Below are positions 27,566 to 39,779 of a stretch of DNA of 64,000 nucleotides, piece by piece. This stretch comes from Macrostomum lignano (lineage: Eukaryota): contig NIVC01002705.1 of assembly GCA_002269645.1 (NCBI GenBank), forward strand, positions 62,001-126,000, in the 5' to 3' direction. The position numbers and the translations under genes were made by a program. The notes beneath the pieces are model-generated. The model did no database searches, was not told the DNA's origin, and was given only the letters and a program-made list of their open reading frames with translations. Position 1 is the stretch's first letter. Every line of letters begins with the position of its first letter.

Positions 27566-28535
27566 CAGTTAGTTAATTAGTTAGTCAGTTAGTTAGTTAG
27601 TTAGTTGTTAGTTAGTTAGTTACTTAGTCAGTTAGTTAATTAGTTAGTTAGTCAGTCAGTTAGTTAGTTAGTCAGTTAGTTAGTTAGTCAGTTAGTTAAT
27701 TAGTTAGTTAGTCAGTCAGTTAGTTAGTTAGTCAGTTAGTTAGTTAGTCAGTTAGTTAATTGGTTAGTTAGTCAGTCAGTTAGTTAGTCAGTCAGTCAGC
27801 CAGTCTGAGTTGACTTGCTCAGTTCTTTAACTGGGTTTTGGTGGGTTTATATAGATTATCTGTAAATAATTATGCTTATTAAATTACTTTTTTCACAGAG
27901 CGCGACCGGGTCCACCGCTTTCTAATGGTGATGCTGGTCGACGGTCAACTGGAGCAGGGACCATACTGGCGCTTCTTCCAGGATGCTGTGTACTTTTGCG
28001 ACGCCCGCAAAGAGCGCCTAGTTGGCGAGCCGGGGCCAATGTTTCACATCAGACAGTCCGCCTACGTTGGCCTGCTCTGGGGCCGCTACAAAGGCAACGA
28101 GTGCTGCGACTATGCCACTCTGGGCGACGCGATCAAGTGAGCCTACTTGCAGTAGCTGCTGTAGAGTTTTGTCTTTTTGAAAGGAAGTCTGCGATTGATC
28201 AGAACATAATAAAACGTCTTCTGTCTGTCCGTCTTAGTGTCTGTAAGTCTGTCTGTCTTAATGTCTGTAAGTCTGTCTGTCTGTCTGTCTTAGTGTGTGT
28301 AAGTCTGTCTGTCTATCTGCCTGTCGTCAGCGCCCCCTAACGCAGCCAGCCCCAACGCCTGCCCGTCAGGTCCGTGAAGTCCAAGCCCAGTGGCGAGCTG
28401 TACTTTGTTGACCCGGACTTTGGCAGCCTGATTGGCAAGCCGAAACGGCTGTTCCAGTTTGGCGAGGTCGCTTTCAGAGAAATCTGCCGCTACAGGGCCC
28501 AGCGCGTTGAGGCCGGCCCGATTGAGGCTAATTAA
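25077..28535 (+). CDS. Protein with a divergent C-terminal ETS-like domain; join(25077..25502,26658..27180,27899..28136,28370..28535), 450 aa (699 aa if joined to exons 19703..20787 via acceptor 25067)
   Basis: GT-AG introns in phases 0,1,2 give an open frame. The C-terminus VHRFLMVMLVD..MFHIRQSAYVGLLWGRYKGNECCDYATLGDAIK..KRLFQF aligns by eye with ETS LWQFLLELL..FKL.DP.EVA..WG..K....MNY..LSR.LR..KR..Y.F. Confidence 0.75.
25585..26640. repeat. 23-bp minisatellite (ggtccggatttcattgggaaatt), degenerating 3', intronic
   Basis: Tandem copies visible. Confidence 0.95.
27197..27800. repeat. (GTTA/GTCA)n microsatellite, intronic
   Basis: 4-bp periodicity. Confidence 0.97.
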
Positions 28536-29379
28536 GAATGTTTATGGAGCAAGACTCATGTGAAACTCAGACAGTGCGCCTTGACCTCTCAATATTTAGC
28601 ATCTTTATTGTGGTTTTCAGATTCCTTTTTTGAAAAAAAATCAATTAATATCAAATGAAATCTGTATTTTATCGACTGATTAATAGCACTGCTAATTCTG
28701 TCTTTTTATTAATAGAAGTTTAACTTTAGTAGTATTGTGTGAATTTTAACTCTATATTTATGTAATATCATTACATTCTTCAATTTTGCGTACACATGTA
28801 GCCTCACTAAGCCCTTGTTAAGAAGTGATTAGTTAACTCTAGTTAATAACGTTTGTGCTAACAATTTTATTCAAATACTAATGTTTTTATTGTGAAACTC
28901 GCATATACTACTCCTAATGTCAGCAGGCGCTCTCGAGCCATCTTGTCGTATTTTTCCTCAAAATTTATACCACTTAAAGTTATATTTATGCTATCGTACG
29001 TTATTACTCCAGACCAAATTTTAATCTACGATCGTTGATTTTTTTTTATTTTAAACGACGGGACACGTCTGCTAAGCACTACTAAATATAAGCTGAAAAG
29101 TAGTAAACAATGAAAGTTTTCTAACAAAAATATTTCTTCACATGGCTAAGCGTACAAAAGAACGAACTATTTTGTTTCAGTTTTGATGACGTAGAAATAT
29201 ATCAAACTGAAACGGAGGCTCCAGGCTCCGGCTCCAGCGCCTGATATTGAAACTATTTTTTATCAAAATAATAAATAATTAGCACAAATTCTCAACGAAT
29301 CGCTTTGTTTTGTATTTCTTTTTTCTGTCCATTATATGCCTGTCTGCCTGTCCACCTATCTATGTGTCTGCCTGTCTAT

Positions 29380-29601
29380 TGTAGCAGCACCAAAGCATTC
29401 ATCATTTATTCTAATTATTTCTTATTCTATATTCCAATCGCTTTAGTTCACCCATAGACACTTCTGTACTATTCGTTCGCCCCAGCGCTAAATAGCCCCC
29501 AACGCAATGACAAAATATACTAAAAAAACCTCCCGCTTTTGCTAGCTATCTTCGAAGTGCCACTTACACTCGTAAGCTTGTAGCGGTAACCTAACGCTAC
29601 A
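29380..29601 (+). repeat. 5' LTR
   Basis: TG..CA ends, followed by the PBS. Confidence 0.95.
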
Positions 29602-29854
29602 AATTGGTAGCAGAGCGTGCAATCCCAACACTCGACGACTACGACAATGGAAGACACCCAACGTCAACAACCTACATCAGACACTCCAGCAGCTTCTTCG
29701 GAGAACGCCATACCGGAACCGGTAGCGTCGGTACAACGCGCCACAATTAGACCACCGCCGTTCTACCGTCAAGCACCCGAGATTTGGTTCCGCCAACTCG
29801 AATCACAATTTACCCTGGCTGGAATCAGCTCCGCCAGCACCAAATTCCCACCCG

Positions 29855-31316
29855 GGGGCGCCAAGATCCGTCTTTTTTTCTCACCATATGAAGGGGCGAT
29901 GCCCACGGGCTGGAAGATGGTCGGACGATTCCGAGTCGAAGCAGCTTGTCAAACTCTTCCTTTGCAACAGTGAACTTTTCCGGTGACAGTGGTCGTGGTC
30001 GGCAGAAGATCGGCTCGCCTTCCGTTTCGATCGGATGTCGGACGCCTGTTGCGGATGGGGTCGTGTAGTCGGGCGCCTCTAGTACGCGTGGAAACTGGGT
30101 GAGCGGGTTTGATGGTTCCATTTCCGTTGTCACGTTGATTTGTGGAACTGGATCGGAAGAGCAGTTCAGGGCTGTGGATAATTCCGTTACTGGGTCTGTG
30201 ATGCGTCTCGACTTAAGGTCGATGATCAAACCGAACTTTACGAAGAAATCCGCTCCGAGAATCGGTGCCGTATTAGTGACGCTGAATGTTGCTGGGTATG
30301 GTCGCCGGAGCCCCGGAATAGAGAGAGTCAGACAGCATTGTCCAAAGGTACGGATCTCGTGTCCACCAATGCTGCGCAACTTCACGGGTGTCGGAGTAAG
30401 CAGATTTTGAGGGACGTACACGTACTGTAGAGGCAGGAGTGACCGTTCGGCTCCAGTGTCAACAATAAATGAAACCATGGTGCGAAGAACGTTGCAACGG
30501 AGTAACAAAGTGGTGGCCTTGCTCTGGTCACGGGTCGGCCAGGGCACGTGACCGACTAGTTTGAAGCACTTTCTAGAGTTGGGTTGTTTGCACGCGAGTG
30601 ATCTGGTGTTGTCTGGCGGCTGCTGAGCATCGTTGTGGGTTTGGGACCGGGCCATTTGCACCAAGGTCGGCACGTACGGGCTTGTGAAGCGTAGAATAGA
30701 TGGCCATTACAGATCTTAGGTCTCTTACGATAGGAGCGCTGTTGCCGGTGATCTCCTTCGTACGCCTGCCTAGGCTTGAACGCGCCGTGCGGTCTTGAAT
30801 CCCTGGCTTCGGACGTGCGCTGAATGGGTAAAAACGGAGTTCGGCTGCCCGCGACGGCTAACATGCTGTCGGCGATTTTGGCGAAGTCTTCTAGCGGAGA
30901 TTTTTCATGACCGACCAACGCAGAACGGATGTGCGTTGGGAGCGCCGTGAGCAGGCGTGACTTGATGATAGACTCGTCGGCTGCTAAACCCACTTCGATG
31001 AAGCGGCGCTTAATGTCAGTTACCAATTGCGAAGGGCGTTTGTCGCCGAGTTCTACTGCTGCAAGGGCTTCCTCGATACGCTGGTGGCGGTTGGCGCGCA
31101 GTGAGTCTAGAACAGCTGTTTTGAGTCGGTTGTATTCGACGATGTCTATGTCGATGTAGCAGGCAACATCCTCCGGGAGAGCGGCCAGTGCGTGGTGGAA
31201 TTTGGTGCTGGCGGAGCTGATTCCAGCCAGGGTAAATTGTGATTCGAGTTGGCGGAACCAAATCTCGGGTGCTTGACGGTAGAACGGCGGTGGTCTAATT
31301 GTGGCGCGTTGTACCG
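29855..31316 (-). pseudogene. Inverted gag - aspartic protease - RT N-terminus fragment
   Basis: Gag ORF 30556..31323 overlaps pol ORF 29825..30673 (FIVDTGAERSLL protease; PSSSPWASPLHMVRKKDGSWRP RT start), truncated right after WRP. Confidence 0.9.
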
Positions 31317-31606
31317 CCGCCACCGGAGACCCTTCCAGAGCCTACTGCTCCGCCTAATGATTCACCAGCCGCTAATACTCGTTCAAGAAGTTCTCGCCAT
31401 GTTCGATTTGCCTCTCAGCCGTCGATAAAATATTTTACACCTTGATTCTACACTTCTTGACTTGACTTGATTCTACACTCCTTGATTACACTTGACAATT
31501 TGATTCTAGAGAAGTAGCGCCATGAATCTGTTACCCCAAATTTCCCTCCTGCTAATTCGTTGTTTTAATCCTAGAAGTACTCCGTTATGGGGAAGGGGGA
31601 GTATCT

Positions 31607-31828
31607 TGTAGCAGCACCAAAGCATTCATCATTTATTCTAATTATTTCTTATTCTATATTCCAATCGCTTTAGTTCACCCATAGACACTTCTGTACTATT
31701 CGTTCGCCCCAGCGCTAAATAGCCCCCAACGCAATGACAAAATATACTAAAAAAACCTCCCGCTTTTGCTAGCTATCTTCGAAGTGCCACTTACACTCGT
31801 AAGCTTGTAGCGGTAACCTAACGCTACA
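31607..31828 (+). repeat. 3' LTR
   Basis: Preceded by the PPT; matches the 5' LTR. Confidence 0.95.
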
Positions 31829-31834
31829 CTATCC

Positions 31835-32245
31835 TTGGCTGTGTCTGCCTGTCTATCTGCGGCTGTGTCTGCCTGTCTATCTGCGGCTGTGTCTGTCTGT
31901 CTATCTGTGGCTGTGTCTGTCTGTCTATCTGTGGCTGTGTCTGTCTATCTGTGGCTGTGTCTGTCTATCTGCGGCTGTGTCTGCCTGTCTATCTGCGGCT
32001 GTGTCTGCCTGTCTATCTGTGGCTGTGTCTGCCTGTCTATCTGTGGCTGTGTCTGCCTGTCTATCTGCGGCTGTCTGTCTATCTGTGGCTGTGTCTGTCT
32101 GTCTGTCTATCTGTGGCTGTGTCTGACTGTCTATCTGTGGCTCTGTCTGACTGTCTATCTGTGGCTGTGTCTGTCTATCTGTGGCTGTGTCTGTCTGTCT
32201 GTCTATCTGTGGCTGTGTCTGTCTGTCTATCTGTGGCTGTCTGAC
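31835..32245. repeat. Degenerate ctgtgtctgcctgtctatctgcgg minisatellite (the LTR element's insertion target)
   Basis: The same motif precedes the 5' LTR at about 29335-29379. Confidence 0.85.
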
Positions 32246-34255
32246 TGTTTTAGACTTTATCTATCATTTAGATAGTTAATTATCAAGGTGACAGTTGACC
32301 ACAAGACAGGACATCCTCGCCCTTAGTTGACAGATTCATAATCCTCAGGCCAGTCTCACTGCATCCTTCATCAATCTACTAAGCCGCTAGAATTGCGCGC
32401 GTACGTACTGCCTGCTGCCACCCCTACCCAGTCTGCCAAGAGACGAGGTGGAGAAAGAACGGGAAAAGGAGACACGAGACATAACGGAGTAGGAGGGGCC
32501 GGTCAGACAGAGAAGCAAAGCCAGGGACCGCTACTTAGGGAGTCTGTGGATTAGAGAGAAGCCTACTAGGCTAGACTAGAGACAGGGCCTGTCTGACCCA
32601 GCATCGATCGATAAAAGCCAGACAGACGTCTAGGAGGGGTTCCGGCCGGGGAGGGTGTATGGACTGGGACTGGGGAGTGTGTCTGGCTTGTGGGAGTGGG
32701 GTATCGGATCCGATGGGGAAAAATGCTAAAGTGCAAACGAACTGGCCGAGTGAGTGCGCCTGGTCGGGAATCGGGTTTAGGATTAGGGCGGGGACAAGGG
32801 GAGTCTTAAATCTTCACCTTAAATTCTAAGAAACTATTCCGCTGCCCTATTTAACACCGGCGGAAAAACGGTCTGTTAACGGTAGGAATTCAAAGCCAAA
32901 TTGTCAGGGGGAATTTCCCCTTGGTAGTTCTACTCTTAGTGAGCATGTTCCCATCCCCCCTCCCCAGTGAACGCAAATATCAATAGTTGCAGTGCATTAA
33001 TCTGTTCCTTTTTGGAAAAGGGGGCACCGAGCACTAAAATGAGAGCAGATGATCCAGCAGAAATCGCATCCGTGAGACGCCAACCTGCCCCTAGCAAATA
33101 AGACTGGACTCCATTTTTTGTTTTAAAGTTCAGTTCAGCGAAGAAAGCTGTGGCAAAGTTAACGTCTCAGGGATTTGACTAATCTGCATTGTTGGCTTGT
33201 GTAATTTGAGGAAAAAATCGTTTAAGTATTATATTAGAGTACAACGCCTACTATACACATGCATGCAGAAAGGTGTGGCTTACCTTTTCGGTCCAGAACT
33301 CGGGCCAGACAGACCGAATGACCCCAAGTGGCACGGCAGAAAAAGCTGTGCCTGCAGGAAAGTTCTGTAGTTTTTTTGGTTGGCTTGGATTTAAATAAGA
33401 AAGAATGGCGGGTGTTAATTCGCTCTCAGTTCGGTCCTTCCCAGCTCTACTTCAGCACGCTCACACCACTGGCATGTCTGTGCCCTGTGGGCCCAGCGCA
33501 CTTACTCAGCCTAGCTAGAGTATCACCAGTATATCTGTAATAGGCTCGGTTTGGGGCGGGTAAGCAGACTCGCTAGTGGATTGATCGTTATATAGGTTCC
33601 TACTATTTCTTACCTTCGTATTTCCTTCCCCTCACCGTATTTCTTCTCTTATAAGCCTTTCTTCACCCTTCTCCAGGAATTGTTAACGCTTTAACGTACT
33701 GTATATGAATGTATAGGTTAGTTAATATTATGGTGGGGTGGGCCAGTCCAGACGATCCAATGCATCCAATAGGCGGCTTTTAAGGGGTGCGCTTATCTGT
33801 GCCCCCACGGGGTCGGCGGAAAGCTCGCGAGCCAACAACCCCCCCTCCCGCCAGTTCTTTTTTCTAAAAACTCTTAACCAGTCGAGTAAAGTACATGCGC
33901 ACTCCCAGTGCGTCTGTCTGTCTGGGGCTGTTCTCTTATATAGCCTCGTCCCGAAGCCTCTTGAGTGCAGTTTTTTAAATCCAGTTAGTTCCAAAGCCTA
34001 ACTTCAACCAAGTTATATTACTTGGTCTGTGCATTAAATCGGCGGAGAAATTCACACTGGGCTGGGGTGAATGGACTGACTGATCACGTGATCCCTTAAG
34101 TTGGAAACCCCTAATGTACATTAACTGACTTAGAGGCAGCTTTAAAATTAAGAAGTATGTACAGTTTTATTTATAAGAGCAAATACGAGCTATGTACATG
34201 TATTTAGACTTTAACACAATCTACGACCCAATTTCGCATAACTACCGGCTTACCC

Positions 34256-34597
34256 TACCCCCGATTCGCCGATTCCCGATTTGCCGAATTTCCTGATTCG
34301 CCGAATTTCCTGATTTGCCGAAATTCTTTATCGCTGCTCTGAAACTTTAAGAAATGCTTTAGTAGCATAAAGATATAATAAATGCTTTAGTAGAGTTTCT
34401 TGTTACAGTCAGTACTCAATCAAAAATAAAAAAAATAGCACGTCTCTGATGCGCCACAGTGGCCACATGATGGTCTTAATATACATACCCTGACCTGATG
34501 ACCGACTTCCTCTCCACCCCATCAGTATCCCTCCCCGCCACCCATTCCATTTTATAATTCCATCCAATCAGGATAAGAATTTCGGCGAATCGGGGTA
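34256..34597. mobile_element. Possible TA-flanked MITE
   Basis: Imperfect TIRs tacccccgattcgccga / tcggcgaatcggggta with internal ttcgccgaa subrepeats. Confidence 0.4.
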
Positions 34598-35433
34598 AAC
34601 CGAATTGATTTGGAAGATTTAAGGCTCATTCACAGTTCACAATGCCAACTAGGAAACCCATCCCCGGGAAATTTTGATAAAACCCTCCCCGGGGAATTGT
34701 TTCGGGGACCCGGCGAAAATGGGAAAGTGAAGTAAGTATACACGGAAATGATGTAGCAACATTGTAAAACTGTTTGTCCTTAATTTTAAATGACAATATT
34801 AATATTCAGGCTATTATAAACGCTAAAAATTATTCGTTTTTTTTTTGTTTGCAAGCGTGTGAGATCGAGATGTGATGTCTTTAGGATAGGACTGACTGTC
34901 TGCCCAGTGTCCACACGCAAATGCTAATTGAGAACTAAGAAAAAGCTTATAAGAACTGTGACAATAGCATAATGTCAATGACAATGAGTGTGACACTTAG
35001 CAATCAGCTTTCCAGGCTCCCGCAAGTAAATATTGTACTTATCAGTGGAATTATGCATCACTGACAGTCACAGATGATAAGAAAAGTCATTGACACATAC
35101 AGATACAGACAGGAGGCTGTTTGTTATAATTATAGCTCTCATTTAAAACTGGGATGTCATAAGAATTGAGAGCGATGTGTCATTCTCCGAAACCCTTTCC
35201 CAGGGAATTGGATTCCCTACTGCCATAGTGCCATATCAAATGAGCAACCAAATCACACGATCAATGTGCACAAATAAATCAGATCTGATGTACAAGTTGC
35301 GTTATCACACGAAAGTTGACCATATTTGATGTGAAGTAACAAATTTACAGCTATTTAAGCATGTAAGACTCAGAGCGACAATTACACAGCGCCGGGTGCG
35401 TCGCCAGACTCGCCACCACGGATACTAGAACAA

Positions 35434-35847
35434 CTAGATAGGCCACTCAGCACATTTGCGTGCCAGCTACTTTCAGTTCAGTAGTAAGTTAAACAGAAAC
35501 ATTCTAATGTATTTTTAAAGCCAAAGCTTATTTATTGGCTCTAACCCTTCCCAAGCTATTAAACCCTCAAACTCCTCATAGAACCTCTACCCCCGGCCCG
35601 CGACCTAATTTATTACCTTCTTTGATTGTTCCGGCCTAAATCTGCCTTGTACATTTCAGTGGCTTATGTACATTTTGGCTGAACTAATTAGCAAGCTGTT
35701 TACGCCTGCAAGCTTGGGCTTCTAAACTTATCAAAGTCATTTCAGCTGCCGTTATTCTTATAAAATAGCTTATATATTATTCTTTGCTACTGAACTGAAA
35801 TTAGAAAGCTGTTTTGCCAAGTATATATGCCAGAGTGGACCATCTAG
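35434..35847. mobile_element. Possible MITE with imperfect ~50-bp TIRs
   Basis: ctagataggccactc..tttcagttcagtag versus ctactgaactgaaa..gagtggaccatctag; no clear TSD. Confidence 0.35.
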
Positions 35848-36009
35848 TTATTATAGTATCTGTGGTCGCCACCTGGGGGGAGAGGGGACATGTCCCCTCC
35901 ATTAAAAGCTATGGGGGGGACAGGTCTATGCTTTGTGTCTCCCCATCCACCTTGTGACTAGTTGTGGTAATCGATAATGTTTCTTTAAAGCGCCAAAATA
36001 TAGCGCCTT

Positions 36010-37400
36010 CGCCGACAAAATGAGTGCCTGAGGAGCTAAAATGAGTGCCTGCAGCGCTAAAATGTGCCTGCGGCGCTAAAATGAGTGTCAGCAGCGCTAA
36101 AATGAGTGCCTGCGGCGCTAAAATGAGTGCCTGCGGAGCTAAAATGAGTGCCTGCGGCGCTAAAATGAGTGTCTGCGGCGCTAAAATGAGTGCCTGCGGC
36201 GCTAAAATGAGTACCTGCGGTGCTAAAATGAGTGCCTGCGGCGCTAAAATGAGTGTCAGCAGCGCTAAAATGAGTGTCAGCAGCGCTAAAATGAGTGCCT
36301 GCGGCGCTAAAATGAGTGTCAGCAGCGCTAAAATGAGTGCCTGCGGCGCTAAAATGAGTGCCTGCGGCGCTAAAATGAGTGCCTGCGGCGCTAAAATGAG
36401 TGTCTGCGGCGCTAAAATGAGTGCCTGCGGCGCTAAAATGAGTGCCTGCGGCGCTAAAATGAGTGCCTGCAGCGCTAAAATGTGCCTGCGGCGCTAAAAT
36501 GAGTGCCTGAGGAGCTAAAATGAGTGCCTGCAGCGCTAAAATGTGCCTGCGGCGCTAAAATGAGTGCCTGAGGAGCTAAAATGAGTGCCTGCAGCGCTAA
36601 AATGTGCCTGCGGCGCTAAAATGAGTGTCAGCAGCGCTAAAATGAGTGCCTGCGGCTCTAAAATGAGTGTCTGCGGCGCTAAAATGAGTGCCTGCGGAGC
36701 TAAAATGAGTGTCTGCGGCGCTAAAATGAGTGCATGCGGCGCTAAAATGAGTGCCTGTGGCGCTAAAATGAGTGCATGCGGCGCTAAAATGAGTGTCAGC
36801 AGCGCTAAAATGAGTGTCTGCGGCGCTAAAATGAGTGCCTGCGGCGCTAAAATGAGTGCCTGCGGCGCTAAAATGAGTGCATGCGGCGCTAAAATGAGTG
36901 CCTGCGGCGCCAAAATGAGTGCATGCGGCGCTAAAATGAGTGTCTGCAGCGCTAAAAGAAGTGTCTGCGGCGCTAAAATGAGTGCCTGCAGCGCTAAAAT
37001 GTGCCTGCGGCGCTAAAATGAGTGTCAGCAGCGCTAAAATGAGTGCCTGCGGCGCTAAAATGAGTGCCTGCGGCGCTAAAATGAGTGCCTGCAGCGCTAA
37101 AATGAGTGCCTGCGGCGCTAAAATGAGTGCATGCGGCGCTAAAATGAGTGCCTGCGGCGCTAAAATGAGTGTCTGCAGCGCTAAAAGAAGTGTCTGCGGC
37201 GCTAAAATGAGTGCCTGCAGCGCTAAAAGAAGTGTCTGCGGCGCTAAAATGAGTGCATGCGGTGCTAAAATGAGTGTCAGCAGCGCTAAAATGAGTGCCT
37301 GCGGCGCTAAAATGAGTGCATGCGGCGCTAAAATGAGTGCCTGCGGCGCTAAAATGAGTGCATGCGGCGCTAAAAGGAGTGCCTGCAGCGCCAAAATGAG
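36010..37400. repeat. 21-bp minisatellite (gcggcgctaaaatgagtgcct), about 65 copies
   Basis: Tandem copies visible. Confidence 0.97.
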
Positions 37401-39147
37401 CGCTGACAACATGATTCTCAAAAGAATGGAAATTTAGGAGGACTTTAGTCATGTACATGTGTGCATGTTGAATTTTTGGCTTTGTCTTACCCACCATAAA
37501 ATCCATGGGACGCCCCTGCACGACGTACCAAGCATCGTTTAGAGACTCCGAATGCAGTTTTTATTACAATATTATGTAATTAAATATAGAATTTATGCTA
37601 CTGTAATTATTGTAAAGTCCACTTACTTCGTGTATACTATTACAGACCTATAATTCGTTCCTGACGTTTCGCCTTCATTTAGCTAGTGTGTGCAATGCAC
37701 TTTAGTTTTCTATAGACCATTCCGTGTGTCTGGTTGAGGTAAGAGTAAAGTTATACTTGCTTGCTGAGTTAAGTCAGTTAGGCACGCAGCATATTCAAAT
37801 GCAAGCAAATTTTATGAATTTATTAGCAAGTACAGACAGACCCGCACACCCTGGCAGTCGCAGACCACACACTGTGTGCCTGTCTGAGCACTGGTGAGTG
37901 CATGTCTTTCCAAAAAATTCTCTTACTTCTCATTTCGACACGAAATCAACAGGTAATTACTTATTTCCTGCTGGTGTTATTGTAAGTAGTATTGTATGCA
38001 AATTGTATGCCATGTTTTCTATTTCATTGCGGTACCAATGAGGTAAAGTTAAAAAACAATAGATACATGTAAACTAATCAGCAAGCATAGATAAATGTAA
38101 ACCAACTTGCACAATATAGCCTTATTCTTCTACTGTTAGTACTTATAGTAAGTGGAACATTTTATTTCTTTTCTTACTATTAGACTGCTCATTTAAAAGA
38201 AAAAAAAATTAATTTGGATGCGATGAAATTTAAATGGAAAACTATTATTGTGTCTCATTGAACTTGAATTCTAGTTAGAAAAATAATTGAGTTGTCCTTG
38301 AGCTGTACCGCAACACACGGGTGTATATGAGTCTTACAAGACAGGCATTGTATACGTGAACGAGGGAGCAAAATGACAAAATCATGAGAACGGGTGACTT
38401 ACTCTCTAATGCCTCATCTCTCTTTGGACTGCCAACCTGCGTTCGTGATATCATGGAGAGCCTCATTTCGTCTTAATTATCCCTCATAGATGATGGCTCG
38501 ATACGAGTTTCTCTCCTACTAAATCTTAATCTTCTCCTCCAGCGTTCAATCCAATTAACTTGAGAAGCACTTTGCACTTGTACCGTAAAATGGCTTCTTT
38601 AAAACCTTACCAACGAATTCTTGCTTTTTCTTGAAGTTATTCAAGGACGTATCCAGCCCCAGATTGCAGATCCTTCTGTAAGTTTCTGAGTCAGCATTCA
38701 GTGCAGTTTGGTTAAAGTTCATTAATTAATTTCGGGAAAAGTTCCAGAAAAAGTCGTCCGATGACTTCATAAAATCTTCATTTTCCGGGATCAGAAATTC
38801 TCGGGATTGTTAGGACCCGAAATTCGGGACCCCGGGATTACAAAAGTCCGGGAAATCGGGAGGACTTCCTCGACTCAGCGTGCGGCTTTTCCGATTGCTT
38901 GAAAAAATTCCTATTCGAGGCCCTGAGAAAACTACCTTATTAGGATTCCCAGCCAGGTCAGTCAGCCATCGGACGCCTGGACTGCCTACCGACAATCGAT
39001 CCTGCTTATCTCTGGCGCTGTTCAACCAGCAGATAACGACAAGCTCGCCTTAATGAGGCACGTTGCTGAGGTGTTCTTGTAGCCCCTTACTGTACCTCCG
39101 GCGTATCGAATGACACCAATTCTTATAGGCTTAATTCGGGTCCACCC

Positions 39148-39715
39148 CAACTGCCAGCCGGAAAACTGCCAGCCGGAAAACTGCCAGCCGGAAAACTGCC
39201 AACCGACAACTGCCAGCCGGAAAACTGCCAGCCGACAACTGCCAGCCGACAACTGCCAGCCGGAAAACTGCCAGCAGACAATTGCCAGCTGACAACTGCC
39301 AGCCGGAAAACTGCCAGCCGACAACTGCCAGCCGACAACTGCCAGCCGACAACTGCCAGCCGGAAAACTGCCAGCCGACAACTGCCAGCTGACAACTGCC
39401 AGCTGATAACTGCCAGCCGACAACTGCCAGCCGACAACTGCCAGCCGACAACTGCCAGCCGACAATTGCCAGCTGACAACTGCCAGCTGATAACTGCCAG
39501 CCGACAACTGCCAGCCGACAACTGCCAGCCGACAACTGCCAGCCGACAACTGCCAGCCGACAACTGCCAGCCGACAACTGCCAGCCGACAACTGCCAGCC
39601 GGAAAACTGCCAGCCGACAACTGCCAGCTGACAACTGCCAGCTGACAACTGCCAGCCGACAACTGCCAGCCGACAACTGCCAGCCGACAACTGCCAGCCG
39701 ACAACTGCCAGCCGG
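39148..39715. repeat. 14/15-bp minisatellite (aactgccagccgac) = expanded left TIR subrepeat
   Basis: The same unit occurs inverted, about 5 copies, at about 41600-41672. Confidence 0.95.
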
Positions 39716-39779
39716 ACAAGTGCTAGCTGGAGTACCACTAATATTAATGCAGACAGCTGTAAGAAATAGAGCTCGGACT

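Larger units (their letters stand above)
29380..31828 (+). mobile_element. Rearranged non-autonomous Ty3/Gypsy LTR retrotransposon (CsRN1/Kabuki-like gag)
   Basis: Two 222-bp LTRs (tgtagc..gctaca) that look identical; 4-bp TSD ctat; PBS tggtagcagag at 29605-29615 complementary to the animal tRNAiMet 3' end; PPT at 31589-31601; gag motif PPPFY..PEIWF.QLESQF; internal segment inverted. Confidence 0.95.

Noticed and set aside
36045-37521. CGAKMSA and ILAPQAL repeat ORFs
   Set aside because: Products of the 21-bp array; no start context, splice support or codon bias beyond the unit.
38270-38710. Coding-looking minus-strand segments
   Set aside because: Joining them would need a 14-nt intron and all frames hit stops; probably a decayed element.
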